Shown: piece by piece, positions 47,466-56,900 of the stretch
Position numbering within the stretch: the stretch's first letter is position 1
Layout of the letters: each line of letters starts with the position of its first letter
Assembly: GCA_964500725.1 (NCBI GenBank)
Contig: CAZCNP010000003.1
Span: 59,476-123,475 of the forward strand
Direction: 5' to 3'
DNA length: 64,000 bases
From: an uncultured Gammaproteobacteria bacterium
GTDB lineage: Bacteria; Patescibacteriota; Microgenomatia; Daviesbacterales; UBA10151
Position numbers and translations under genes: made by a program
Notes under the pieces: generated by a model
What the model was told of the DNA's origin: nothing
The model's input: the letters and a program-made list of their open reading frames with translations, nothing else
Database searches by the model: none

Positions 47466-47510
47466 ACAATATGATCAAAAGCAAGCGAGCCAGTTACAGT
47501 TATCATTTAG
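47466..47510 (-). pseudogene. Diverged duplicate of the PfkB-kinase 5' end (encodes MITVTGSLAFDHI…) upstream of the DUF4143 gene
   Basis: acaatatgatcaaaagcaagcgagccagttacagttatcat at 47466-47510 matches ataatatgatcaaaagcaagtgaacctgtaactgttatcat at 46180-46225 at about 88% nucleotide identity. All differences are synonymous for the MITVTGSLAFDHI peptide. Confidence 0.6.
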
Positions 47511-47587
47511 TAAACAGTATATACCAGGACACTTCTTCCTACGAGGTAAATGATGCTGAAATATGTTACTCTAAATAATATCTGCCT

Positions 47588-50500
47588 ATGGCTGTGGAAC
47601 TAAGTGAAATATCGCCCCAACCCAGTATTAAATCTCCAATTAGCCTGGAGAGATGGAAAAATAGAGAACAACTTACCAATGAGTTCGGGAATACTAATAT
47701 CCCTGTACTTAAGCCTTTCAAATCAGTCAATGTTTCAGTAGAGACAGTTGATCAATCAGGCAACCCAGTAACAACTGTTCGTAACTTTGATACTCAAATA
47801 GAAAAAAGTTTTCAATATTACTCAAGAACCCGTAATTTAGAAGTTAATACGCCAAGAACTCAAATTTTACAAAACTTGGTAGATAAAATGACTAATGGTA
47901 CAGGTATTCAAACTAGGGTAATAATTATGAATAAGGGTAAAGAATCTAATGCCTTTGTTACCCCTGATGGAACTATATTTATTTCTCAAGCTATTATTAA
48001 TGACTTAGGCAGTTTAGATGAGATCGGAGCAATACTGGCACATGAAGTAGGACATCTTTATATCCGGACCTTTGAACATAAAGTCCAGGCAGGAAGCTTT
48101 TCAGAACATGTAACAGTGCCATGGGTGCATGAGGGAGTTTCCGATGCTTTAGCTTCTGAGTTTGGAGCGAAGGCTGATTTAAATACCTTCGCCTTTGGAC
48201 CAGCTATTGAGAAGATTTCAGGAGCAGATAGAGGATTTGAACATCAAGGAGGGTATATGCGTTCTTCGCAAAATGTGGCGCAACATTCACTAAAAAATTA
48301 TGAAACTAGTGCTAAAGCGGTTAAGCCAGTTCCAATACTGCTTCTGGGACGAATTAAACCAACTAATTTAGAAATTATCGGAGAAAGGTTGAAAAAACAT
48401 CAAGGTAGGCATCTGAAAGAAGCTCTCAGCAAGCTTCACCCTCAAGACCTGCAAAAAGTTTACCAGGATTTTCTGGGAACTCTAAATGTTGAAGAAAAAT
48501 ATCACACAGAACGTTACCAGCAAACATTTGAATTGCTAGATCAATTTAACCAACTTTTTAAAGGCAGACTAGCTCAGGCAGGCTATTCAGAAGGTCAAAT
48601 TCTGGCTTGGTTAACAACTGCTAGTCACTATCCTAGTTATGTTCGCCATAACCGCTATTTGTTTAAAACCTTACAGGATCCTATGACAGTGGCTCAGGTG
48701 ATGGTAGAAATAAGTGAAAACAGTGATCCTAAGCTTGGAGACCCTCGTATGGCTTTTTTTCGCAACATGTCAGAGGGTCTGTTTGGAGAAGCTGCTGTTT
48801 CTCCTCCCGTAGATACCTTCCTTGGATTACTTCGTGACTACCTTTATGATGAGTCCGCAAACCATCTTGACGGAAGAATACCGGTCAACCGTGACACCAT
48901 CCTGGAGATTGTAAGCAAACTGAGCGTTTTAAATTTATATTCTAATGAACAGAGTAATCTCGGTCATGTGCTGTTATCTTATATTGAGAATACATTTTAT
49001 AATACTGCAACCGAAGTAAAAGAGGAGATAGATGTTTCTCACATTACTGGTTTTTTGGATGAAGCAAAAGAAAGGGGAATTAAGCTTGAAGGATGGATAA
49101 CTGGCGGGCTAGTCGGTTTAGCTGGAGATCATCTTCATGCTTTAAAACGTGGCTCAGAAGAAGGTAGTATCGAGGTCCAAAACTATCAAAAAATAGTTGA
49201 TGTCTTAAAAGATTATTTTGGACTTTCCGAATGGCAACCATTTAGTGATATTAACCAGGAAATTGATGCCTTTTTTCAAAACTTGTCAAATGAGAGGGCT
49301 TATGCAGACTGGACAAACAGAATAAGCCTATTTTTTGGTAACTTGAGAAGGACTTTTAAACATCAGGAATTAGATGATGCCAGTAGAGAAAAGTTTATAA
49401 AATATTTATCTGATAAATTCGATAACTGGTCTGGTTTTAACAAGTACTCAGTGAGAGATATTTTAGAATCTAATCAGGTTATAGAAGCGAGGGGGCAAAA
49501 TATTGATCCAGAGGAGAATGCTGAATTAGCCAAACTACAGATCAAAACTGTCTTGGCTTTAATATTATTTCAGCAAGATGGCGATGAGTTCTACCGGTTT
49601 TTAGAAGATACAATAAATAGCAGCAGCGTTGATCTATCGTCTTTTTCTAAAGTAGGTCTGGCAAATCTTTGCAGTCCTTTATTTTTAGCTTTTAAAGATA
49701 GCATTCCTTATAATGGTTTCTGGGTGTATCACCCTGAGGCTCCTCATATGTCTGTTAGAGCATCTTTTGGTAATTTGAGAATTACCAACTTTGACCGGCT
49801 GGCAAATGTCAGTCTAGTTTCCGAATTTCTGGGAAGAGAGGAAGCAGTGGATCTTTCGTCTTGGGAGAAACTGAGAACATCTGTATTAGGTTTGGTTGGT
49901 AGATTAGGTGCAAATTCCTACGAAGCTTGTGATTTTCCTGATAGAAGTTCTAGTGCGTCACCAAAGGAGCAGTACGATATCTTCTCAGATAATGCTTTAG
50001 CTTTGATTCTTTTTTCCCAGCATCGCCAAGCATTTTTAAATTTGCTAAGTCAGGAAATTACAGAAGCAGATTTAAAGCCGCTTACTGAGGTTATTACTAC
50101 TTTATATCCGGCTGAAACTGGTAGGGATAATTTCTTACGGGCTATTCAAAAAAGATTGCTGCAGTCCAAAAATATCTCTTTGGAGGATAAAACTGAGTAT
50201 TTGCTGGATAATTTAGAAAGTTTGGGACCAGAAGGAGTTTGGATGGTGGCAGATCAAATTACTACCTTAGTTGACTATCAGAAATTTAGAGAAAAATTAG
50301 GAGATAAATTGGTTACTTATCTTGAAGGAGGAGGGGTAGTATTAAAAGCTATGGCAGCAGACTTGGTAACTAGTTTGTTAAGCGAGGGATTTGATAGAGT
50401 TATTCAAACTACTATTGATGACTCGGAGGTTGCCAAAAAAGGTTCTACTGAATTTGCAACACTATGGTTTTTGCGTAATCTAAATTTAGTAAATTTGGAA

Positions 50501-52393
50501 CACATTGGCCGTGCCAGGTATGATAGAGAGGGACAGAAATTTATTACTGGCGAAAAATCAAGAGGTGCTTTCCGAAGCATTAATGATGTATTTTCAATCC
50601 TAAGAAACTTCACTCCTACTCAGAGGTTGTTAACCCTTCATAAATCTTTGGCTGATGTGACGGGTGGGTTATCTTCTCCCAAGCGGCGTGAAAAATTAGC
50701 TGGTTTAGTAAGTAAAGCTTTAAAGCTTAAGCCTGGTTTTGTGGCAGATATTATTCAAACAACATGTTTAATAGGAGAACCAAGACTAATAAGTTTCCCT
50801 GCTGCAAATATGCTCTCGCCGATGCTTTTTCAAAACTTTGCTGTAGGTAATATTGATTATGCTGAGTTGCTGAAGTATCATTCATCTGAACTGGATGAAA
50901 AAACAGATGATGGATTTAGTAAACGTCTGGATTGGAAAGATTTTTTAACTGAACAGGAAGCAAGAAGAATTGCCAGTTCAACTACCAGACAGTTAACAGT
51001 TTTTGGAGCCAGGTTTATCAGCCAGCCTGATTCATACTTTTATACTAATGCTCAGCAATCAGATGGAATTTACTATCAGGTAAGAAATAATTTAGAAAGA
51101 CAATTGTTTGAAGAAACCAATGGGCATATTGTTGATGCAGAAGATGAAAATGGTCCTAAAGTTAATCCAGCGATTGATGCTATTATCCAAGGAGTTGAGA
51201 TGAGTGGAGCTTTAGGTGTTAGATCGCTTCAACTGGCTACTCAGCTTTTAAAATTTTCTCCTGAGGTAGAAAGAAGATTATCCAGAAGTTTAGATGCTAA
51301 TCCTGGCAGGGGAAAGCTAGCATTTTGGGAGAGATTATATGATGAGTCTCAGAAAGATCCAGCCTTATTAGCCTTATTAAGTACTTTAGAAATCGGGGAT
51401 TATTTAGGAGGGGGCAGTTTATTTACCACTTATGCTGCCACCAGGTTTGACGCCAACGGGAGAAGAAAAGAAATAGTAGTTAAGGCTTTAAATGCAAATG
51501 CTATTGGGTTTGTAGAGCAGTATTATTCTCTGGCTGCTGCAGTATTGTCACGGGTTGAAAGACATAGAGGTAATAGTTCTTTTGCTAAAGTAGCAAAGCT
51601 TCTATTAGGTGTTAGTAGGGATTGGTGTCAAGCAGATGTGGAAGATCCTGATTTTGTAACAGATGATGATAATTTTGCCTCTGTAATTCAGGCTTTTAAT
51701 ATGGCTGCTGGCAGAGAGGTTTTTCATGCTCCTCAAAGGGAATTTACCAGCAAAGATATAAAGGCAGAAGATTTAGCCAATGGTCCAACCTTAAACAAAT
51801 TACTAAAAAGTAATAGAGTTTCGCCTGAACAAAAAAAGGAGATAGTTGCTACTTTAATGAAATTTTTTGCCTTTCAGTTTAAGTTTGCTCTAACAGATTC
51901 TCAAGAGAGGCAATTCTACCAGTTCCATTCTGATCCTCATTTAGGTAATTATATTGCTCTAGATACAGAAAATCTGTCTTTATCAGTTATAGACAGGAGT
52001 ATGTATTTAAAGATACAACAAGAGGATGTAGATTTGTTGCAGGGTTTAGTTAGGGGAACAAATAGCACGAAATTTGTTAATCAGTTTATTACTAGAGTGC
52101 TGGATATAAGGGGTGTAACCAGTAAAGTACAAAGAAGGGCAATTTGGCTGCAGACTTGGTCTGCTTTAGGTAGAGAATTAGGCTCACAGGTTATCAATGG
52201 CAAGATTGATAACTTTTTACTACTTAGAACTTTATTTAATCAGTTAGACAGCTTTGGGTTAGATAAGTCAAAAGGGCCAAATGAACCAGCTTCTTCCGTG
52301 CCTTTAAATTTAAGATTAATGATTAGAAATATAGCGGCAATGAAAAAATTAGCTGAAAAATATGGTCTGAAACTAGAAGATTATATAACTTAA
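47588..52393 (+). CDS. Giant multidomain protein (1601 aa) with an N-terminal M48-like HExxH metalloprotease motif and a C-terminal ABC1/UbiB-like atypical kinase domain
   Basis: 'LGSLDEIGAILAHEVGHL' near aa 145-162 has the M48 motif form (…E..aVlAHElgH). 'LGGGSLFTTYAATRFDANGRRKEIVVKAL' near aa 1275 and 'FYQFHSDPHLGNYI' near aa 1445 match the UbiB/ABC1 ATP-binding and catalytic (ffHADpHPGNi) motifs. There are no TM helices. Confidence 0.65.
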   Translation: MAVELSEISPQPSIKSPISLERWKNREQLTNEFGNTNIPVLKPFKSVNVSVETVDQSGNPVTTVRNFDTQIEKSFQYYSRTRNLEVNTPRTQILQNLVDKMTNGTGIQTRVIIMNKGKESNAFVTPDGTIFISQAIINDLGSLDEIGAILAHEVGHLYIRTFEHKVQAGSFSEHVTVPWVHEGVSDALASEFGAKADLNTFAFGPAIEKISGADRGFEHQGGYMRSSQNVAQHSLKNYETSAKAVKPVPILLLGRIKPTNLEIIGERLKKHQGRHLKEALSKLHPQDLQKVYQDFLGTLNVEEKYHTERYQQTFELLDQFNQLFKGRLAQAGYSEGQILAWLTTASHYPSYVRHNRYLFKTLQDPMTVAQVMVEISENSDPKLGDPRMAFFRNMSEGLFGEAAVSPPVDTFLGLLRDYLYDESANHLDGRIPVNRDTILEIVSKLSVLNLYSNEQSNLGHVLLSYIENTFYNTATEVKEEIDVSHITGFLDEAKERGIKLEGWITGGLVGLAGDHLHALKRGSEEGSIEVQNYQKIVDVLKDYFGLSEWQPFSDINQEIDAFFQNLSNERAYADWTNRISLFFGNLRRTFKHQELDDASREKFIKYLSDKFDNWSGFNKYSVRDILESNQVIEARGQNIDPEENAELAKLQIKTVLALILFQQDGDEFYRFLEDTINSSSVDLSSFSKVGLANLCSPLFLAFKDSIPYNGFWVYHPEAPHMSVRASFGNLRITNFDRLANVSLVSEFLGREEAVDLSSWEKLRTSVLGLVGRLGANSYEACDFPDRSSSASPKEQYDIFSDNALALILFSQHRQAFLNLLSQEITEADLKPLTEVITTLYPAETGRDNFLRAIQKRLLQSKNISLEDKTEYLLDNLESLGPEGVWMVADQITTLVDYQKFREKLGDKLVTYLEGGGVVLKAMAADLVTSLLSEGFDRVIQTTIDDSEVAKKGSTEFATLWFLRNLNLVNLEHIGRARYDREGQKFITGEKSRGAFRSINDVFSILRNFTPTQRLLTLHKSLADVTGGLSSPKRREKLAGLVSKALKLKPGFVADIIQTTCLIGEPRLISFPAANMLSPMLFQNFAVGNIDYAELLKYHSSELDEKTDDGFSKRLDWKDFLTEQEARRIASSTTRQLTVFGARFISQPDSYFYTNAQQSDGIYYQVRNNLERQLFEETNGHIVDAEDENGPKVNPAIDAIIQGVEMSGALGVRSLQLATQLLKFSPEVERRLSRSLDANPGRGKLAFWERLYDESQKDPALLALLSTLEIGDYLGGGSLFTTYAATRFDANGRRKEIVVKALNANAIGFVEQYYSLAAAVLSRVERHRGNSSFAKVAKLLLGVSRDWCQADVEDPDFVTDDDNFASVIQAFNMAAGREVFHAPQREFTSKDIKAEDLANGPTLNKLLKSNRVSPEQKKEIVATLMKFFAFQFKFALTDSQERQFYQFHSDPHLGNYIALDTENLSLSVIDRSMYLKIQQEDVDLLQGLVRGTNSTKFVNQFITRVLDIRGVTSKVQRRAIWLQTWSALGRELGSQVINGKIDNFLLLRTLFNQLDSFGLDKSKGPNEPASSVPLNLRLMIRNIAAMKKLAEKYGLKLEDYIT

Positions 52394-52462
52394 ACAAAGT
52401 ATGCATCTAGGAGTAATTTTATTGCGTGCCCACTAGATATACTGCCTGCCAGGGTTTGCAGC

Positions 52463-52882
52463 TTAATTTGAATCTAATATTTGCTGGGGTTTTTTAACTA
52501 CAATTTCCTTGATTTTGGAAAATTCCTCATCAAAAGTTATTAAAATAGTATCTTTTGACAATTGGGAAGCAATCAAGCAGTCTGTAAATTTGATTCCATA
52601 TTTCTTATAATTTGCCAAAGCTTGCTTAGTATTAGTTTTTTCAACAATTGTGATGCCTCTGATTTCAAATGTGGAGTCTAAAATTTTGATTATTTCTTGG
52701 TAAGGGATCTTATAAACACTTTTTAGCACATAACTCATTTCCAAAAAGACAATCCCAGAGGTATAGACGCTAAATTGACCTGCCTCTATTTGAGATATTA
52801 GCTTATGACAATCTTCAAACTGTTGGTTATTATCTTCCAAAAATAATCTAAGCAGAAAATTAGTATCTAAAAATATTTTCAT
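52463..52882 (-). CDS. vapC: PIN-domain toxin VapC
   Basis: 'MKIFLDTNFLLRLF' gives the PIN acidic-residue pattern. Length is 139 aa and it overlaps the upstream antitoxin by 4 nt. Confidence 0.7.
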   Translation of the reverse strand: MKIFLDTNFLLRLFLEDNNQQFEDCHKLISQIEAGQFSVYTSGIVFLEMSYVLKSVYKIPYQEIIKILDSTFEIRGITIVEKTNTKQALANYKKYGIKFTDCLIASQLSKDTILITFDEEFSKIKEIVVKKPQQILDSN

Positions 52883-53118
52883 GCCTTGGAGTAATCAATA
52901 TAATCCCTAATTTTATCCAAGTTAATATTTTTGCCTTTGGCATACTTGGCATATTTTCCAGCCAATTTTAAAATCTTGCTTTCAACAGGGGTAAGCACCA
53001 GTTTATTTCCTTTAGTTTCAACTTCAAGTTGGGTGGGTTTTGTTAATTTCAAAGCTTTTCTGGCAGCTTTGGGGATATGGATTTGCCATTTGCTGGTAAT
53101 TGATATTGTTGTTTGCAT
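52879..53118 (-). CDS. vapB: VapB/AbrB-type antitoxin
   Basis: 79 aa. 'SKWQIHIPKAARKALKL' is a swapped-hairpin-like N-terminus. Confidence 0.55.
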   Translation of the reverse strand: MQTTISITSKWQIHIPKAARKALKLTKPTQLEVETKGNKLVLTPVESKILKLAGKYAKYAKGKNINLDKIRDYIDYSKA

Positions 53119-53164
53119 AACAATACTAATTATACCACAATACTATTATCTAAACAAGGTAATT

Positions 53165-53280
53165 TTACTGTGTTCCTACCAGGAAAACAGCTTGCCATGG
53201 TTTAATGCGAGTCTTCGAGCATCAAGACATGGCATGAATCTTACTGTGTTCCTACCAGGAAAACAGCTTGCCATGGTTTA
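53165..53280. repeat. Perfect 40-bp direct repeat (53165-53204 and 53241-53280) with a 36-bp spacer; the second copy is the 3' end of the VanW gene
   Basis: TTACTGTGTTCCTACCAGGAAAACAGCTTGCCATGGTTTA occurs twice. Copy 2 encodes the …PWQAVFLVGTQ* C-terminus of 53241..55034 on the minus strand. Confidence 0.9.
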
Positions 53281-55034
53281 TAATTAGACCTCCAGGTTTC
53301 ATTGGCAATGGTTTCCCCATTTTTAGTTACAGTTCTTTGAAAAGAAACAGAAGCTCCCCAGGCTGCCCAATCCACTTGTTTTACTGTGCCTTTGGGTAAA
53401 GTTGGATCATCTTGTCTTAACTCTGGAGGAGGTGGAGTTTGGTTTGCAATAACAGGTCTTGTCAAAGTTACTTCTCTGCCATCAGGGCTGCCATATAAAT
53501 CAACATATAAGGTGGTGCCAGAGGTATAAGCTTGAATTAAAATATGAGCTGGGGTATCATTTTTAAATTGAAAATCAACAGAAGGATAAAAAACTGTAGC
53601 ATCCAATCCAGGAGGAAAGCCTTGCTCATAGTAACCAACTCTATAGGCATGGGCAGTTCTTTTCATAACTGGCAGTCCGGCATTTAAAACTGCTCTAAAA
53701 AGAGTGGTAGAATCCTGGCAAACTCCCCCTCCATCATCTAATACTGTTCTTCCTTCTTTAATTACATATGCCTGTTTAAAGCCAGTAGCTGCAGAAATAT
53801 CTCCAACTGTTTGATTAAAAGAAAAAACTTGTCCAGGAGGTATTAAGACCCCATTAATTTTGGAGGCAGTTAAGGCAATATTGTAGATTCTGTTAGGAAT
53901 AGATCCGGCAAAGTTAGAAATACCCCTGCCTAAAAGTTCTTTGATACCTAAACTATTTACATCAGAAGTCTCAATTTTAGGTTTGACTGTTTCAACGGGC
54001 AAGGTAATGGCGTTACGCTCCAGGGCCTCGCCCTGCGAGGCTAAACTATCATTTAGGAGTTGATAAGTTTTATCTAAATCTAGTTTCCTGCCCATCTGTG
54101 ATGGTTTAAAGGCTGTAACTCTTTTGCTAGTAGGGTTAAATTCAAACAGGCCTTCCTGGACTGGTTGGTCTATTTCAGAAGCAATATTTTTAAGATAAGA
54201 GGCTGTTTGCTCTTTGTCTAAAAGTAGACCTTGCCCATCTGTTAGATTGAGTAGAGCTAGAAGCTGTTTTGCATCAATAGCCCAGCTTTTGTTACTGAAA
54301 ACTAATTTAATGGGATTTTGGTCGGTTTTTTCTAAAGCTTTTTTAGCTTGAGTAACATGACTAGTGGTTACTGTGGGGGCAACAACCTTAAGCGACAGCT
54401 GTGATTTATATTTGCCATATATGAGAAAATTAGTTACTGCTTTTTCAACTTGATTTTTGTTTAACTCTAGTCCATTGATTCCATCCACGATTTGGATATT
54501 AGCAGAGGCGCTGCTTTCAGGATTTGGTGTTTCAGAAAAGACAAGTTGAGCATTTTGAGCATCTTTCCCTACAGCATCTGCAATATTATTTAACTGTTTA
54601 TCTAAAGACAGAGTAATTTTAGGAGTGATTAGAGTAGGAAAAAGTAAAGTTTGCAATTCAGTTTTGATTTGGTTCCACAAAGCTGCTTGATGGGTATTAT
54701 CAAAAGCAGATTCTAAAGCAGAATAATCTAGTGATGCTGATGAGGTCGCAAGATCTATGGTGAAAGCTCCTTGCGCCCACTTAAAAGTTAACTTTTGCTG
54801 AGTCCTTTTTTGAAAAATAGAATCAACTTTTTTAATAGCCTGGCCTTCTGTTAAAAAGGAAATATTAATATCTCCAACAGAGGTTTGCGGGTAATATTTA
54901 TTACTTACAAAGTTTTGATAGGCGGTTATAATCAAGGCAAAAAGCAGGGCTGATAAAGCTGTGGGAAGAATCTTTGATTTTAGTCTCTCCATTATGGATA
55001 ATTTTTTGGCTTTAGCCATGCTGGTATTGTACAA
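53241..55034 (-). CDS. VanW-family protein (N-terminal TM anchor plus VanW domain)
   Basis: '…IPPGQVFSFNQTVGDISAATGFKQAYVI…GGGVCQDSTTLFRAVLNAGLPVMKRTAH' is the VanW domain signature. Length is 597 aa. Confidence 0.8.
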   Translation of the reverse strand: MYNTSMAKAKKLSIMERLKSKILPTALSALLFALIITAYQNFVSNKYYPQTSVGDINISFLTEGQAIKKVDSIFQKRTQQKLTFKWAQGAFTIDLATSSASLDYSALESAFDNTHQAALWNQIKTELQTLLFPTLITPKITLSLDKQLNNIADAVGKDAQNAQLVFSETPNPESSASANIQIVDGINGLELNKNQVEKAVTNFLIYGKYKSQLSLKVVAPTVTTSHVTQAKKALEKTDQNPIKLVFSNKSWAIDAKQLLALLNLTDGQGLLLDKEQTASYLKNIASEIDQPVQEGLFEFNPTSKRVTAFKPSQMGRKLDLDKTYQLLNDSLASQGEALERNAITLPVETVKPKIETSDVNSLGIKELLGRGISNFAGSIPNRIYNIALTASKINGVLIPPGQVFSFNQTVGDISAATGFKQAYVIKEGRTVLDDGGGVCQDSTTLFRAVLNAGLPVMKRTAHAYRVGYYEQGFPPGLDATVFYPSVDFQFKNDTPAHILIQAYTSGTTLYVDLYGSPDGREVTLTRPVIANQTPPPPELRQDDPTLPKGTVKQVDWAAWGASVSFQRTVTKNGETIANETWRSNYKPWQAVFLVGTQ

Positions 55035-55049
55035 GTTTGAGGTATAATT

Positions 55050-56372
55050 GTGAAGGCTACTATGAAAAAGATTATCATCATTGTTTTATCTATAAGCATT
55101 GTTTTGGGTTTTATCATCTGGAAATTTGGGCCCAATATCTCCCTTTTTAATAAGCCTAAACCTGCTGGTCCAATAACCTTAACTTATTGGGGTTTATGGG
55201 AAGATGATAATTTAATAAAGCCGGTAATAGCTGCATACCAGCAGCAAAATCCTAATATCACCATTAACTACGAGCGTAAATCTTCAGTAAATTACAGAAC
55301 CAGGGCCCAGACTCAAATTAGAGAAGGAGTAGGGCCGGATGTTTTTAGAATTCATAATTCCTGGTTGCCTATGTTTATTGCTGATCTGGCTCCTGCTCCA
55401 CAGGATATTTTTACAATAACAGACTATAAAAATCTTTTTTATCCGGTAGCTGCTGATAGTTTTACTTCTGGCAACCAAATTTATGGCGCGCCAATGGAGG
55501 TAGATGGTTTGGCTCTTTTTTACAATGAAGAGATGTTGGCAGGGATTGGAGGTAAGCCGCCTAAAAACTGGCAGGAATTTATTGACCTTTCTACTAAAAT
55601 GACAGTAAAAGATGCCACTGGTATTCAAACCGCAGGAGCAGCTTTAGGGACTGCCTCAAATGTTGATCACTGGTCTGATATTTTGGGGCTGTTGCTTTTT
55701 CAGCAGCCAGGAGTGGATTTCAATAATTTAGCCACAACCCAAGTTGCTGAAATTTTTAGCTTTTATACCGGATTTGTGATAGATCCTAGAAAAAAGACCT
55801 GGGATGTGAATTTGCCTAAGTCGACAGATATGTTTGCTGCAGGCAGATTAGGTTTTTACTTTGCTCCTTCTTGGAGGGCTCATGAGTTAAGGATTACTAA
55901 TCCAAACTTGAAGTTTAAAGTGGCACCAGTGCCTCAGCTTCCTGGAAAAACTGTAGGTTGGGCAACGTTTTGGGGAGAGGTTGTTTCTTCGAGATCTCAA
56001 AATGTGTCAGAGGCCTGGAAGTTTGTTAAGTTTCTGACATCTGCGGAGACAGAAAGATTAGCTTACCAGCAAGCTTCTCAAATCAGATTATTTGGTGAGC
56101 CTTATTCTCAGGTTAGTCTTGGGTCAGAGCTTGCTGCTGACCCAATAGTGGGGGCATTTGTGACTCAAGGGCCAAATTATAAATCCTGGTATTTATCTTC
56201 TAGCACTTTTGACAATGGTATAAATGATGAAACGATCAAATATTTTGAAGATGGGATAAATGCCACTTTGGCAGGAACAGATCCCCAAGCTGCTTTGCAA
56301 ACAGTAGATCAAGGGGTAAAACAAGTCCTGGATAAATATACCAGATCTGTACCTACGCCAAGTTCCAGATAA
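55050..56372 (+). CDS. ABC transporter extracellular solute-binding protein (family 1, sugar-type)
   Basis: An N-terminal anchor/signal is followed by 'ITLTYWGLWEDDNLIKPVIAAYQQQNPNITINYER', typical of SBP_bac_1. Length is 440 aa. Confidence 0.7.
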   Translation: MKATMKKIIIIVLSISIVLGFIIWKFGPNISLFNKPKPAGPITLTYWGLWEDDNLIKPVIAAYQQQNPNITINYERKSSVNYRTRAQTQIREGVGPDVFRIHNSWLPMFIADLAPAPQDIFTITDYKNLFYPVAADSFTSGNQIYGAPMEVDGLALFYNEEMLAGIGGKPPKNWQEFIDLSTKMTVKDATGIQTAGAALGTASNVDHWSDILGLLLFQQPGVDFNNLATTQVAEIFSFYTGFVIDPRKKTWDVNLPKSTDMFAAGRLGFYFAPSWRAHELRITNPNLKFKVAPVPQLPGKTVGWATFWGEVVSSRSQNVSEAWKFVKFLTSAETERLAYQQASQIRLFGEPYSQVSLGSELAADPIVGAFVTQGPNYKSWYLSSSTFDNGINDETIKYFEDGINATLAGTDPQAALQTVDQGVKQVLDKYTRSVPTPSSR

Positions 56373-56395
56373 GCAAACTGTGGTAAAATACACTT

Positions 56396-56677
56396 ATGCA
56401 AAAACAGATTTTAAATTACAGAATTATTATTGAACCAGAAAAAATAGGCAAAAAAATTGTCTATAATGCCTATTGCCCAACTTTGGGGCTTGCTGATTAT
56501 GGAGATACTATTGATGAAGCATTCAAAAATATTCAATCATTAGTAAAATTCCATATAGAGAGTTTGTTAAAAGATGGTTTGGAAGTGCCAAGCGAGAATA
56601 CTGAGGAAGAAGTAATTACTTCTACCAAAGTATCCATTAATTCTGCAGGCGAGAATTATCAAGTCGTAGTCGGATGA
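56396..56677 (+). CDS. hicB: HicB-family antitoxin
   Basis: 93 aa and UPF0150-like ('YNAYCPTLGLADYGDTIDEAFKNI'). It overlaps HicA by 4 nt. Confidence 0.6.
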   Translation: MQKQILNYRIIIEPEKIGKKIVYNAYCPTLGLADYGDTIDEAFKNIQSLVKFHIESLLKDGLEVPSENTEEEVITSTKVSINSAGENYQVVVG

Positions 56678-56895
56678 CAAAATTATTTCAAGTTAGACCA
56701 AAAGATTTAGTTAAAGCATTGGAAAAAGCAGGATTTACAAAGAACCGTCAAAGTGGCAGCCATCTTTATCTAAAGCATCCTGACGGTAGATTAACTTCTG
56801 TTTCAATTCATCCTAAACCTGTTCCAACAGGAACTCTGCGGGCTATTTTAAAACAAACACAATTAAAACCAGATGAGCTAAAGAAGTTATTGTAG
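56674..56895 (+). CDS. hicA: HicA-family mRNA interferase toxin
   Basis: 'KDLVKALEKAGFTKNRQSGSHLYLKHPDGRLTSV' is the HicA/YcfA signature. Length is 73 aa. Confidence 0.75.
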   Translation: MTKLFQVRPKDLVKALEKAGFTKNRQSGSHLYLKHPDGRLTSVSIHPKPVPTGTLRAILKQTQLKPDELKKLL

Positions 56896-56900
56896 TAACT

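Noticed and set aside
53165-53280. Possible mini CRISPR array (40-bp repeat, 36-bp spacer, 40-bp repeat)
   Set aside because: There are only two repeats and no cas genes. Repeat 2 is the coding 3' end of the VanW gene, so this is a local duplication rather than an array.
52931-53287. 118-aa plus-strand ORF spanning the VapB gene and the duplicated repeat
   Set aside because: It is antisense to vapB and runs through the duplicated 3' end. No support.
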